From Lama glama (Eukaryota): DNA of 64,000 nucleotides. The notes below the pieces were generated by a model. The model saw only the letters and a list, made by a program, of their open reading frames with translations, had not been told where the DNA came from and searched no databases. Below are positions 36,471 through 49,471 of this stretch, one piece after another. Position numbers and translations under genes: made by a program. How positions within the stretch are numbered: the stretch's first letter is position 1; the number at the start of each line of letters is the position of its first letter. The stretch lies in the NCBI GenBank assembly GCA_028534125.1, contig CM052818.1:48362001-48426000 (forward strand). Direction: 5' to 3'.

Positions 36471-36885
36471 GGGGTTAGAGTTGAAGAAATATTCTTTTCT
36501 TCTTCTCTTTGGATAGAACTATTTTTATGAAATGAAAAGAACTCACAAGTAAACGAAGTTTCTAATTATCTGGTGTTATTATTAACAAACAAAATGGCTG
36601 GACCTTCTCTCTTCTCCTCTGTCAGTGCTTTGATCATTTTATTGACTTCAGACTCCAGTTGTGAGATGAGAAGTTCTCATGAGCCTTATCCCCAGCAGAA
36701 GGCTTGCGTCCTCGGGAAACAGCAGAATGCCTGTTTGATTGGAGGAGAGATGATCTGTTCTAGCTTTCTGGATAGAATACAAAACTCTCCTTCTTACAAA
36801 ACGCCAAGGTAATTATGTCACTCTTTTCACACCTTATATAAGAGCTACCTATTTCCATGAAATAATGTCTGTAAAATCGGTTTGG

Positions 36886-37030
36886 TGAGCCAGAAGACCT
36901 GGTTTTAATTTCAGTTCAACATTTTCCTTCTGATAACATGGGAAGAGCATAACTGTATGAGCCTCAGCCTACTCACCTACAAAACAGGGATTAAATGAGG
37001 TAAAATGTGTAAAAGTTCTTAATACAAGTC
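36886..37030 (+). mobile_element. MIR SINE
   Basis: gagccagaagacctggttttaat...tgagcctcagcctactcacctacaaaacagggattaaatgag...atgtgtaaaag. Confidence 0.7.
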
Positions 37031-37319
37031 TCATACAGGGCATAATTTGAATTTTATGAAGCTACATAGCCCCTACAATGAAAAGCAATGTGTTCTGCAC
37101 AAAATATGCCCTTAGTAAGTGTTTACATAATTAAACTGAATTTAAAATATGTAGCTAATGCAAATATGATAGAAATATATCAATATTTCTGTTATTAAAA
37201 AGCAAACACAGCACATAATATTGTATATTTTGAATACAGACACTACAATTGCAGCTCAAACCTTTTTCTGTTGGTTGATTTATTTTTCACTGATGATCTT
37301 GTGTGAGGCCACAGTTTCA

Positions 37320-37655
37320 AGGAAGGAGTGTACAATTTGGAATCAGAGTTGAATTTAAACACTATGCACATGAAGTCACATGACCTCGGAGAATTCGCTG
37401 CATTTTACTGACGTGACAATGCCATTAATGGTAAGATGCATGTGTTCCACTGATACAAAAGAAAATATTGTCATTACACTAACACATGATTGCTAAATGA
37501 ACTGATTGCAAGGTAAATCCTTATTTCAAGGATGTTAAGGGAAACCACAATTGAAGAAAATAAATTATTTAACTTCTATGATCCCAAGTTTCTCCATCAG
37601 AAAAATAAGGCTGATGATGACTCAGATGATACTGAGAGAGTCACATGAAAATAGA
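37320..37655 (+). mobile_element. MIR split by a MER104 insertion
   Basis: Left half tttggaatcagagttgaattt...tgacctcggagaa; right half ttatttaacttctatgatcccaagtttctccatcagaaaaataagg. Confidence 0.55.
37398..37564 (-). mobile_element. MER104-like non-autonomous DNA transposon (TcMar-Tc2)
   Basis: atgccattaatggtaagatgca...gttccactgatacaaaagaaaa...tgattgcaaggtaaatccttatttcaaggatgttaa resembles the reverse complement of MER104 as I recall it. Confidence 0.6.
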
Positions 37656-38689
37656 GAATGAGGGGTGTCCTTTTTAGACACTGAAACACTTGGCAAATAT
37701 TATTTTTAGACAAAGAGCTCCTTTAATAAGAACTCAGGGTTGAGATATGAAACATCGTTTGACCTCCAGATCTATTTTTGTACCAACTGTTTCGTGTAAT
37801 TTTCTCCCCTGGTGACAGCTCTCACTGGCTGTTTATGAAATGTCCTGACAAAAAAGGAACATATTCTGTGTTTATTTCAAAACATAATCGTGGAGATCCC
37901 ATGACCTTGAATTGCTTTGGCTCAGGTGTGGACTTCTCGAAGGATTTATCTCTTTCTTTTAACTTTTAATTGCTTTTAGTAATTACTCAAATGCAACACT
38001 AGTAGTTTAGCAATTAATCAAGAAAAATGTATAACCCATTAAGATTATTCATCTGAAAAAATTAACATCAAATTGCAACCAAATCTAGAAAATGCAAATA
38101 AGAAAACCAAAGTCATAAAAAATCAATAACATTATCCAGGCCAGAGAACGAGTTGCACAGTTTAAACAATAAACTCTTTTGGAACTTTTTTTAGTTCACT
38201 TAGGGTGTCAGATCTGAACACTTTGCGGTAGCCTCAGCAGATCTACGTGACTTCAGATTTTGAAATTGCAGGAAGAACTAGAGAGAGAGTTGTGCTTTCT
38301 CAGACACGTGTTATACTGAGGGTCAGAGGGTGCATCTAAAGGATGCCATGTCATTTGAATGAAAAAAGTTCAGTGTTGCATATTCATTGTCTCCTGGGCT
38401 TCTGCCAGTCCTTCTCAGTGTGACAAGCACCGGTGCCAAAATACATGATGATGAATGTCTCGTGAGTCCCTTCTGTGTTTCTGAGTTTGCAGTCCACGCC
38501 TGCTGCCCTGGAAGAAACGGTAACCATTCACTAAATTTGATTGATTTGTGGTAAAGTTCAATGAGCTAGTGAAACTCGAATGTTTTGTGAGTTACGGAGA
38601 ATGCGGAAAGCTATAGAATGCCGTGATGAAGACATTAACAAAGCTGTGCTATTTGACAGGAATGATTTATGCATAAGCCCAACATTTGC

Positions 38690-39083
38690 CATGTGTCTTC
38701 TTCCAGCTTTATCTCCTGGACGACTTAGATAATTCGAAGTCTGTATTAAGATCATATCCCTTCATCTTCAAGCCTCTGATTAGGGTGTTTCCTACACCTA
38801 GAATATCTTCTTCCCCACTTCTACCCTGGGGGAACCCTGAGCATGTTTCGTATCTCAACTCTGTTTGCCCCTCTTCCATAAAATCTCATCTGCATGCAAT
38901 CTCTCTCCCATAAAGCATTCCACTTAGCACTTCCTTTATACATCCATAATAACTCCTACTCCAGTCACTCAGGGATTTAGAGATGTCTGTCCGCCTTATG
39001 GATTTGAATTTCAATGTTTTATTCATACTTATAATCCCAGAGTCTGTGCATAAAATTACTCAATATTTGTTGGTTAAATTTGA
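38690..39083 (+). mobile_element. L2 3' region
   Basis: tttcctacacctagaat...tcttccataaaatct...tttattcatacttataatcccag...tactcaatatttgttggttaaat. Confidence 0.6.
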
Positions 39084-39525
39084 TTTTGAATAATAGAGAA
39101 AGAACACCTTTGTAATTGGGATGGGAAATGAGACTGTAGTTTAATGTCATAAAGCAATGGTTGTCACAGAATAAAGGACACCACGTGGTTGCTGAATGCC
39201 CATGACCGATGACCATCCCATTAGAGTTCACTTCTTCACGCTTCCTAACAAGAAACGTAGCTGAATCCCAATAAATGAGAATATTACAAAAGAGAGTATT
39301 TAATCTACAAACGTAGTACTTTGTTTTTAGTAATCAAGTACTTCAGCACACCTCAAATTTTTGCACACTTGATTCAGCAATTCTGCAGTTGAGAACTGTT
39401 GCCACTGAAGGATGCTCAACGCGTTTCCCGCAGAGATTGCCCCAGACCTCCTCCATTCCCGCCCAGGCACCAGGCACTCTCTTGTCTTCAGAAAATTATT
39501 TCACTTCCTCTTTTGTCATCTGTAA

Positions 39526-39737
39526 CAGGGTTTCTCAGCGTTGGCCCTGTTGGCATTTTGGATCAGGTAATGCTTGGTTGTCAGGGCGTCCTGTGCACTG
39601 CAGAGAGGTCAGCAGCATCCCTGACCTCCACACATGAGATGCCGGTAGCAATCTCTGGATCCTGACAGCCAAAAATGTGTCCAGACATCCCTAACTCTCC
39701 TCTGGGAGAGAATCAATGTCCTGGGTTCAGACAACTG
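39526..39737 (-). mobile_element. MER20 (hAT-Charlie) DNA transposon, about full length
   Basis: cagggtttctca...cattttgga...gtcctgtgcactg...agcagcatccctgacctc...gatgccggtagca...tgacagccaaaaatgtgtccagacat...acaactg. Confidence 0.9.
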
Positions 39738-39849
39738 ATGGAGAGACTCCTCTAACTACGCTCCCTTGAATTAGATAATTGAGACTCTTAAAATAACAGA
39801 GGTGAAAGGAGGCAGTGAGACTAACTGGGCCACCACGTATGAAGGTAAG

Positions 39850-40680
39850 TCCAGAGCAATTAAGTACAAGAATGATGTTTCTAAAATATAAACATGACCA
39901 CGTCACCCTTGTGTTTAAAACGCTCCAGCATCTCTCCAGCACTCCCAAGAGAACATCACAGAGCTCTCATAGTCCTGTCTCTCCAGCTTCGTGGCCACAC
40001 TGAGCTACACACAGACATCTGAATGCCTTGTGTTATTCTGTGCCTACCTTCTTGGCAAATATCTTTGTCTCAAAATAGCACATTTTGAAGTTTCTCTGCA
40101 TGCATGCTTTCTCATGCAAGCTATGTGAGGGTAAACACTTGGTCTCCTGTATTTAATATTTCCCCCCCCCCAGAATCTTACTCAATAAGGCTGGTTAAAA
40201 AAAAATGACCAAAAATCTTTATATTTTGGCTAACATATTGACTAGCCTGAAATCCCTTCCTCCTCTTCATTTTATTTATTCTTAGAAATTTAGTCTAACC
40301 CCATCAAAAGCATCTGGAAACTTGCATCATCTTCTTTGGTTTGAATGGGCCCTGGGTGTGCCCCTGAAAGGTCTCACCTTGTTGATGTGTTCACATGTCC
40401 GTTAGACGCCCTACCTCAATACTGTCGATTTCTGAGAGCGAGGACCACACAGCACCGCCCCGGTGATCTCAATCCTCAGTGCTAGCGTTTGGCTCACAGT
40501 AAATGTTGCATGAAAAAAACGAATGTCTCTCCCACAATTTTAACTTCTTCCTTTTGAATACAGCACAAGTCTTGTCTCATCTTTCTATGTGTTCTTCACA
40601 GTATGTAACACAACATCTAGCACAGAGCACACAGTTCACGAACACAGCGTGTTTGTTGATCCTTGATCGTGATTTGAAAC
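39850..40680 (+). mobile_element. Scattered L2 fragments
   Basis: atgatgtttctaaaatataaacatgaccacgtcaccc...ttaaaacgctccag, plus L2-end motifs tggctcacagtaaatgttgcatgaa and catctagcacagagcacacag. Confidence 0.5.
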
Positions 40681-40761
40681 TTTGAGAGAATATCCCACTG
40701 GAAACCTTAGGGAAGTCCTCAGGAATGAGAAAGATAGTTTATTGGTTTCAGAGTGACCGAC

Positions 40762-41248
40762 CGTCGCAGTGAGAGCTGCCGGTGCGCCACCCACATCCGC
40801 GAGGGTTCCTTCTGCCGCTTCAGTTTGCCTCTCTCAGCTGCAAGGTGCTTCTGTGTCCAAAGGTCTGCAGCTGCGGCTGTTCGCCGAGGACGGCCCTCAG
40901 CTCCTGGAGTGCCCTTGGTTTTATGTGCAGAGAGCTGACCCCTTGGGAGGCCCTCCTCGCTCCTAGCTCTTGCCCTAAAGAGTACGGGGTTGGCAGCTGG
41001 AAACTCACAGCCTCACTCAGGCCCAGACACTGAGAGGACAGCTCACCGGCCACGCTCTCCAGCCTGGGGCCACCCTGCGGGTGGTGAGGGGTGCTGTCCT
41101 GGAGTCACACTCTGGCTCTGCTTTTTCCCCTTTCCTGTCCTGGTTCCCCAGATCCCTTACAAGCTTCTCCCTGGAACATTTCCTTAGCAAGTCAGTGCCC
41201 ACAAATTCTTATCTTAGGGTCTGCTTCTGGGGAGCCAACCTAGAATCA
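40762..41248 (+). mobile_element. Solo LTR, LTR16-like (ERVL)
   Basis: The 3' end cttctccctggaacatttccttagcaagtca...aaattcttatcttagggtctgcttctggggagccaaccta is characteristic; 5' end ctgccggtgcgccacccacatcc. Confidence 0.75.
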
Positions 41249-41317
41249 CCTCTTTCTCTTTGCTAACTGTCTGTCAACAGGGCAGTGGAAGAGGATCGTA
41301 TCAGAATCACCTGAGGG

Positions 41318-41444
41318 CAGGAGGGGCCACATAATGGGTGCGGCCCAGTGATAAATGAAAATGGGGGCCTCTTCTTCAACACGTACCGAGTTGCAAGGTC
41401 ATTAAACTGAGACTCACCACTCTTACGTGCTGAAGTCAGCTCTG
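41318..41444 (-). mobile_element. MER45A-like DNA transposon (hAT-Tip100), internally deleted
   Basis: cagga...cacataat...ggcccagtgataaatgaaaatgggggcctcttcttcaa...cattaaac...tgaagtcagctctg. Confidence 0.7.
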
Positions 41445-42379
41445 CGTGATGACCTCATTCACATTTCCCGCAGCCAGCCGCCCTTCAGCAACCCCTGATG
41501 ACTGACAAGTAACACAGATGTTCTGGGTTTGAATGAATTTTTTTTTCTTTAAATAGTGTTCAGTTTTAAGTTTTATTAATTTAAAAATTGCTGTAGAAAT
41601 GAAAGACATATGGGAAATTTTTAAAAAATCAGTGGCTTCAACAAAATGGTCAGTGACACATAAAGGAGTCTTGAAATTCATTGCTCCTGGCAAAAGTCTG
41701 AGCACATAGTAATCACTCAATAAATACTCCTTAATTGACTGATTAGCTTTCAAAAACTTGACTTTTTTTTTTCGGTTCTCTTTGCACTTGGCACTGTTAG
41801 AAGCACGAAGGATTAAGATATGAGAGAATTAGAAAGGATCGAGGATGTCAGTAATCACAATCAAAAAAACTTGCTTTTGCAGATGGGAAAACTGAGATTA
41901 ATGTATTTTAATAGATTCTGTATGGTCGTACGCCTGGGATGTGATGACAAAGAGTTACATTGCTTGTTGCTTCTAAATAACAATAGGGCACAATACATAA
42001 TTGTTTGCAGAAGTTATATTATTATAAACTTAAAAGAGACAGCGAAGCTGTGTCAAGACATCTACCGTGTGTTATGTATCTTAGTAGCCATGTAACAGGT
42101 TACCACGAAATTTAGCAGCTTAAATCAAGGCACATTTGGCTGGAAGGGGGGATTTGGATGTGGTTAGATAAGAGAAACAAAGGATTTCACGCGGAAGGGC
42201 AAGACAGATGGAGACACTCAGAGTCTATGTGGAAAGCAGATCTCCAACTTTAGATAGAAAAAGGTAGAACTTACCTGTAGACAATTTGGGGTACATTCAA
42301 CGTATTTATATATGAAAGTGACATGGTTGGTGTATCGTTTTCAGGAGGTGCGTATCAGTGCTGTACACGAGGACATCGG

Positions 42380-43250
42380 GGCGTAACGGCTCACAGCCCC
42401 AAGGAGGGCGCAGCTCCGGCCAGCGGGCCCTCCCCAGGCACGGGAGCCAGTGACCAAGTGCTCGTCTGCCTTTAAGATGAAATGACATTTCTGTTGCCTG
42501 AATTTTCATTTTCTCTCCCTAAATTGTCTTCACACAAACTCCATCATCAGGTGGTGAGAAAACAAGAGCACGGCTCAGGCTCTCCTCTCTCAGGCCCCAC
42601 TCAGCAGCGGATGCGAACACAGACGTGGCCACCAGGCTGGCCTCGGGGGGCAGGCCCTGCCGGGCGGCCAGGCCCAGCCGTGCCTGGGCGTCCTCCCGGC
42701 GCTCCCACGCCGGGCCTGCCCCTTCGGGGGGGCTGCCCGACGGCCTCCGCAGCAGCGCAGCGCCTCTGCTCCTCTGTCGGAGCCAAGGGCCAGCGTCGGA
42801 CGCACAACACACACGGCAGGATGAGTGATGCACACCCGTGTGCCGTCTCCTGGCTCCCGAATGAAATCCCTTAACTCGTCCAAACTTCTGGGACTCGGAT
42901 GCTGGTCGAGGACAGCGTGATCTTAGTACCTACCTTCCTCAGGCTACTCAAAAGTGAGTCACGGTTGCAGAGCACTTGTAGCCGGAGCATCTGAGCTTGC
43001 TGGTCTCCAGCATTACGGCTGGGAAAAAGAGGAGACAAGTTGGTGTCGTGGAGGAAGCTCCAGACTTTAAACCAGAACGTCCTGGTCTGGAGGCGGGCTC
43101 TGCGCCACCCCCGCGCATCCTTAGGGTGCTGGGACGTGCGCCCCTCCCCGGGCGGGAGCCGGGGCTGCCGGCTGCCGCGTCGGTGTTGATCTCCCCGCTC
43201 CGGGCCCTCTCTCCCTGCCGCCTCAACTCATTGTTGCCTCTGGCAGCAAG
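42380..43250. promoter_or_regulatory. CpG-island-like region
   Basis: Densest GC/CpG stretch in the window (e.g. gccgggcggccaggcccagccg, ccccgggcgggagccggggctgccggctgccgcgtcgg). No coding exon is recognisable nearby. Confidence 0.55.
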
Positions 43251-44764
43251 GTGGGGAGGAATTTCTCCCCACTCAAGCCTCCAGGATTGTGTGATTAGTT
43301 TTTTTTCTTTTTTTGCCCCCCACATATTAACCTGACTCTTAGTTCTTAGTTTACGATATTTTCTGCCAAGAAACCAGAGATTGGAAGGAGGGCGTCTGAG
43401 CGGCAATCCCCTTTGCCTTCGTTAAAGTTTGCCCTGACTTGAGTTCACTGGGCACCTCCGTCTCAGATACCTCTGGGAGGCGGCCCTGCCCACCCGGGGA
43501 TCTGGCCCACCCGCTACTCCCCTTAGGCGAGTGGGTGCTCCGGCACAGGGTCCAGAGAGTTCTGGCTCACTCCGTCATCTCCGGACTGAGAAGAGGGGTG
43601 GAGGATGAACGCAGTTTGTATTTGGCCAGTCTTCATTCCACGAAAGAAAACAAAAATAAAGGCAAAAAGCAGGAGAGGCACAGTGCTCAGTTTGCCTCCT
43701 GTGTCCTGACGCAACATTCCCCTCTCGTGCTGGAGGTTTCTTAGAGTGTAGAAAAACATGTTTCAGCAAAGGAAGGCCAATTTTCAAAACCACTCATCTG
43801 GCAAGTGCACACGCTCTCAAGCTGGGAAGCCCGGCTTCTGGTTTCTCGCAGTTTACCTAATCCCAAAGCAGTGGCAATCATGTTAAAAAAAAATGATCCG
43901 CTCTGCCAATAGCCCTGGGCTTTGCCTGCCACGGTAACATACACAAAAGAGAGAGATGGTGATAGCTGGTCGCTTATGCAATTGAAATGCGCCATCTGTA
44001 GAGAAGGCGGATGCCTGTTCGGCAAGCTACCTGGCACAAAATTTATGACACCCTTTATTTTGTAAGTGCACCGCCCCCACTATATATGCTTTCATGGGAT
44101 CAGCCAGTTTATTCCTTACTAATAACCCGACCAGTCAAGCTGGAATGTCTGAATAAAGAATTCTATGAGATGCAGTATTCGATCAGACAATAATCAATGT
44201 ATCTCATTTTTCTAACAGCGTATTAACTTACAGAGTAAATTGCTCACCGTTGTTTGGATCACGTTCCCCAGGTAACAAATAACTTGGGAGAATATTAGCA
44301 CTTTTAAAAATTGGGCTGGCATTCAGAGTCTACAAGAATCTCTATAAATCTGCTTTCCAGCATATTATAAAATGATGCCTTTTCAGCACAGTCTTCTTTT
44401 TCTCCATGTTGAATTGCACATGCTTACTTGAACAGAATCAATGAGGAATAAAAATGCTACAGGGATACCCAGCTAAAGCCATGCTCTTCCAAACCATCCA
44501 TTTACAAGAGATGACTAATTAAATCATGCCATGGGTCTTCCTTCGAGCAGGAGAAGGCAGTTAGCTGGTCTGAGCTCACGTACGAATACTAGAAACAGGC
44601 ATTTTCTAGGGCACGTCATCCAGAATGCTCCCCAAACACCCACACTTGTTTGTGAAGCACTGCCTTTCTCCAGCCTCATGTCCAACACATGCTTAGTGCG
44701 TGATGGTGCCTTGAGTAAATCTAGGGTCAGCATGGCCCGGGGGATTCTAATGGCTGCTGGGTGG

Positions 44765-45207
44765 TGGGAGTGGCTGTCATAACAAAATACCACAACCTGG
44801 AAGACTGACAACAACAAACACGGATTGTTTTACTGTTTTGAAGAGAGGAGTTCCCGAAGTGTGGAGTCAGCTGGGCCACTCTCCCTCTGAAACCCATCTG
44901 GGGTGTCCTCTCTTGCCTCCCCGAGCTCCAGTGTTCGCAGCAATCAGTGGCATCCTGGCGCTTGCACGGCCATCTCCCCTCCCTCTGTGTCTCTGTGTCT
45001 TCATATAGCATTCTCCTCCTTCTGTCCCTCTCCTCTTCCTATGAGAACAGCTGTCATGTTGGATTAAGGCCCCCGGTACTCCATCATGGCCTCCTCTTAA
45101 CTCACTGCATCTGCAATGACCCTGTTTTCAAGTAAAGCTACATTTAGAGATGCCGGGGGTTGGGACCGTCCCATATCTTTTGGGGGAACACAATTTAGTC
45201 TGTAACA
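44765..45207 (-). mobile_element. MaLR solo LTR, MLT1C-like
   Basis: ggctgtcataacaaaataccaca...ctccctctgaa...ttggattaaggccc...cttaact...catctgcaatgaccctgttttcaagtaa...catatcttttgggggaacacaattt...taaca. Confidence 0.85.
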
Positions 45208-45899
45208 GGTTGCGTACATCCCCGTTGGATCTGGGTCCCGTCCAACTGCTAGGGCTTAGATGTGGGCATAACAGTTGGATGGGTGCTTTTGCAGGTACTT
45301 TGCTGGAAAGAGCAATGAGCAAAGGTGTCTGCATCAGGTCATATCATAATTAACAAATCCCAAGGAACCAGTGTTACCTCATCCCACTTGCTCCAGCGAG
45401 CACAGGACTCCCCCGCGACGTCCTCGGGGAAGTCACCGGATTCCAGCTAGATCTGGGAACTGGCACCGTGGGCTGACCACAAAAGACCCTAGTTATTGAT
45501 GTTACTCTGATGCATTCATCACGCTTGGGGCGGTGTGATCAGAAATCCGGTCTTGTTTATACCCAGAATCCATTGGTCTCAAGGGGATTCAACAATGCTG
45601 ACTCGATTCTTAATGCCTGATCCATAATGTCAGTATGTTCATTTTTAATGGGAAATCTGTGTCCCGCAGACTAGAATGTTCATTTCAGTGCGAATGTGCA
45701 TTCATTTTCTACAGGCTGAGCTATGTAGGAAGCAAAATCAGAAGCTGTCTTCGTGAGAATGGAAGCTCAGCACGAGGGGTCAGTGGATGGTTCACAGGCC
45801 GTAGCATCTAAGTCCGGAACAGCCGCTTCCTTCAGCTTCTTTCACGTGAAAGGCAGATGACACAGGAAGAGTTACAGCTGACGTTCAGCGCAAAGTGAC

Positions 45900-46128
45900 T
45901 TTGTACTAGACGTGGTACTAACACAGCTCTTCCCCTTCTTGTACATCAACTGTTTTGTCTTCTCAGCAGTGGTGTGGAATGGGGGAGTTACTATTCTCAT
46001 TCTGCAGATAAGGATAAAGACAGGCTACGCACCTTGCCCGATAGTGGCCGGTTAATAAGTGGCAGACCCAGACTGAGAAATCTCATTAGCTTCTTTCCAA
46101 AAGGCAGACTCCTAATCACTGCGTTATC
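45900..46128 (-). mobile_element. MIR SINE
   Basis: tactattctcattctgcagataaggataa...cttgccc...aataagtggcagacccagac...ttccaaa...taatcactgc. Confidence 0.7.
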
Positions 46129-46329
46129 CTGTCCACACGGCAGGGCACCCCTGCCCTGGCCGACGGGACGGGGCTCCTCCTCGCTCTGCCTCTCTGCCTG
46201 ACGTCTCTCTTTCCATGAAGCCTACCGCCCTCCCCTCAGTGTACGTATGCTAATTGGTTAACAAGCCTGCTGGGTCCAAAGAGAAGGCTGGCTATTCTTG
46301 TTTCTGGAATCGGAGATTTAAGAAAAATT

Positions 46330-46556
46330 TTTAATATATATTATATATAATTATAACATATGCTATACATAGTATAATAACGTATACATAGTATATAAAA
46401 TATGATCAATAAATATATAATACATGTAATATATAAACATGTATTTATTTTGTATATATTAAAATACATAAATAAATATATGCTATATGTTACATGTATC
46501 CCCATGTTATATAATATATAATCACATGTATGTTTTACATATATAATATATATTAT
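46330..46556. repeat. AT-rich degenerate (TA)n low-complexity tract
   Basis: About 225 bp of tatata/tacata units. Confidence 0.9.
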
Positions 46557-46564
46557 CTGACATA

Positions 46565-47041
46565 CCGATCTTCCTCTCCTTATGATGGGGTTACATAAAC
46601 CTGATAAACCCATCAGAAGTTGAAAATATTGTAAGTTGAAAAATGCGTATAACACATCTAACCTACCCAACACCATAGCCTAGCCTAGCTTACCTTACAC
46701 ATGCTCAGAACACTTACACTGACCTTCCGCTGGGTCAAACCGCCTAACACAAGGCCTGTTTCATAATTAAGTGTTGACGATCTCATGTCGTTGATTGAAT
46801 ACCGCACTGAAAGTGCAAGGCAGAGCAGTTGTCCGGGTGCAGAATGGTTGTGAGTGTGATCATGTGGCTGATGGGGGCTGCAATGGCGGCTACCGCCCAC
46901 CACCACCAGAGAGCATCTTGCAGCGTACAGCCTGGAAAAGGCCCAGCATTCAGAATCTGGTGTACACTTTCTACTGAATGCTTATGGCTTTCACATCATC
47001 ATAAAGTCAAAAAGTAGCCGTCCTAAGTCGGGGGCTATGTG
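46565..47041 (+). mobile_element. MER47/Tigger5-derived non-autonomous DNA transposon
   Basis: cttatgatggggttac...gataaacccatc...aagttgaaaatattgtaagttgaaaaatgc...ctaacctac...tagcctagc...tgctcagaacacttaca...tttctactgaatgc...taagtcgggg; preceded by TA. Confidence 0.88.
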
Positions 47042-47829
47042 TGCGCACGCATTCGAGTGTGGAGATCTTGCGGTGACGTGAGACTCAGCTCCAGGAGTTG
47101 GCGGAGCCCGTCCTAACAGCTGTTAGTGAACAGTCTTCGCTGTTTGTGTTAGAAGTTCAGCTTTGCCACCCCGCCTGATTATCGTGAGATGTTTCTATCT
47201 CCTCACTTCCCGGTCCCCCGAGTTAAGTGCCTACATCTTCGTACAATCACCCATTATTTTAAGTCGACCACCAGGCCTGGATCTCAGTGCTCAGAACACA
47301 CCAGGAACTCCCACTCAGAGTTCACCGCCTCCCCGTGCTGACCCGGCCGGGAGTCCTTCCACTGAGCTACGGAAGTGGTGAGCTTTCCTGAGCTCATCAT
47401 TCCCAGGTCTGTCTTCAGCAGCTGATGCTGCTCCTAGCCTCTTGGTTTCCAGGTCACCCACGTTTCCAGATCCCCGATTTAGGCCTCCTCCTCCCGAAGC
47501 CTTCCAGAAGGGGGGGCCGGGCCAGGGCCCTTGATCTGCTGCTTTGGCTGCACCGATGCTCCTCACATTCAACCCTTTTGGCAAGAGCAGCTAGTGCTCT
47601 GGCCTTGACTCCCCCCTCGTTATGCACAACATCACCAGTGGAAAACATGGGTCCTGATTATTTGTGCAGTTAACTGAGGACTGGAATGCATATTCCAGAA
47701 GTGAGCCCATCCTACAAATTACTCAGCATCCAAGTAGCATTCCTCAGTAGGTTCCAGGCTCCTTGTTTAATCCTCTTCCCCTAATACATTTTTAATAATC
47801 TATTAGGGACATTTAGGGCTTAGCAGAGC

Positions 47830-48124
47830 CTAAGCTCTCCCCTCCTGCTCTGGAAACACGAATTCCTCTCCGTGGCCACAGCTGCACCCCGTTCACCTTC
47901 CCAGACCGGAGAAAGGCAGTCACTCAGTCGGGAAGGCTCCCTCCGGCAAGCGCTGGGGGTGGGGCCCTGCCGGAGCCCCTCAGATGTTTCATCAGTGTGG
48001 TGTGTCCTACCCCGGCTGGTCCTGGTTTCTGGATATATTGCTCTTTCTAGAGGGGATTTCCCTACTAACTCACTTTCTCCTAATCCTTCCAGGGTCTGCT
48101 TCTGGGGGAATCTCACTTACAACA
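47830..48124 (+). mobile_element. LTR16-like fragment
   Basis: 3' end ttccctactaactcactt...aatccttccagggtctgcttctgggggaatc. Confidence 0.5.
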
Positions 48125-48619
48125 CCCGCCTACCTCTTTCCTGTCTGATGACTGGGATCCTAGTGCCCGGTCGTCAGCTAGCAAGTAGCCCTCATTGGCC
48201 GGCCACTCTGCTGACCGTTCAAAATCAGCACGTCCAGATCGGGCCGTGTCATTTCCCTGAGTTCTCCTTCCAGACGCCCTAACTCCCTTGAGGTTTGACC
48301 TCTGTCTCTGGAAGACTGGGTGTCCACTTTGATCAATGTCTGCCCTTTGTTGCTGTATCCAGGCTGCCAACAATTGTTGCCATTTCTTCTTTTGACTCTT
48401 TTTTCTTATCTTTGGTATTCCTAACAGGGCTCAGACTTCCATTTCCCCAGACTTCAGCTACTGGAAGCACCATCCTTTCCGGTGTCTTCGCCACGACCTC
48501 ATTTCTTAACAAGCATAGTGCACACTGCCATCTAATTTCATGCCCCAAGACATCGGGTCCGCTGAGTCACTGCCCTCATCACAGGTCCCTGTTGACTCTT
48601 ATGTCAGATTCTAACTTTC

Positions 48620-49202
48620 CATTTACTCATTCATATGCATTCATTCGTTCAAGAAATGTTTTTGAGGTCCTAAAATATGCCAGACATTCTTATAGTCACC
48701 AGCATTGATGTCGTTCACAAAATAGCCCCATTTGCTGTACAGCAGGGAACAGTACACTCTAGGAAGAAAAATGAAGCAGCAACAGAGACTGGAGAGTGGC
48801 AAGGGTAGCAAGATGAGATTCCCAGTCATGGGCGTGGCATCTGAACTGACCCTCAGTGAGGTGAGAGGAAACGTGGAAACAGTAAGAGCAAAGGGGTCTT
48901 AAGATGCCCAAGGAACAACAGGAAGTTCAGTTTATTGTGGCTGCGACGCCATCAGAATGAGGAAGAGCATAAGAGATGAGGCCAGAAGGCAGCCTGGCCC
49001 TGGTCCAGGCCGAGGGAACAGCCCTGCTGAGGACCTCTCACTCCTCCCAAGAGTGATGGGAGTACGTGGAGGGTTTTGCACAAAGTAGACATGATATGTG
49101 AATCATGTTTTTAAATAATAATTTAGGATTCACTTTAAAAAGTATCATGTGGTAGTAAGTGTGGAGACAGGGAGAACAGAAAAGCTCTTACAATAACCCA
49201 GG
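48620..49202 (-). mobile_element. L2 3' region
   Basis: cattcattcgttcaagaaatgtttttgag...tatgccagaca...gagatgaggccagaag...gatggga...ggagggttttg...gacatgat...ttaaaaagtatca...caataacccagg. Confidence 0.8.
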
Positions 49203-49336
49203 TCTCTCTGGGCCAGCTCTGTGCATTAAGAACATGGGCTCCAGACCAGCTGTCCCTGCTGAGCCAGCTGGGACCCTCTGCCAGAAATCCTGCCCCTCTT
49301 CCCATCAGAAGAGCGGAAGCCAGCTTCTTGGGGGCC

Positions 49337-49471
49337 TTAATTTCTCTTTCTGGTATTTCATTGTTAGTGTATAGAAAGGCAACATATTTCTGTGTATTAA
49401 TTTTGTATCCTGAAACTTTAATGAATTCATTGATGAGCTCTAGTAGTTTTCTGATGGCGTCTTTAGGAATT
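49337..49471 (-). mobile_element. Young LINE-1 ORF2 fragment (end of the RT domain)
   Basis: Translates in frame to [45 protein letters not shown], the conserved L1 ORF2p motif [30 protein letters not shown]. Confidence 0.92.

Noticed and set aside
37940..38540. Possible old DNA transposon or LTR remnant
   Set aside because: It looks repeat-like, but I could not match it to any family with confidence.
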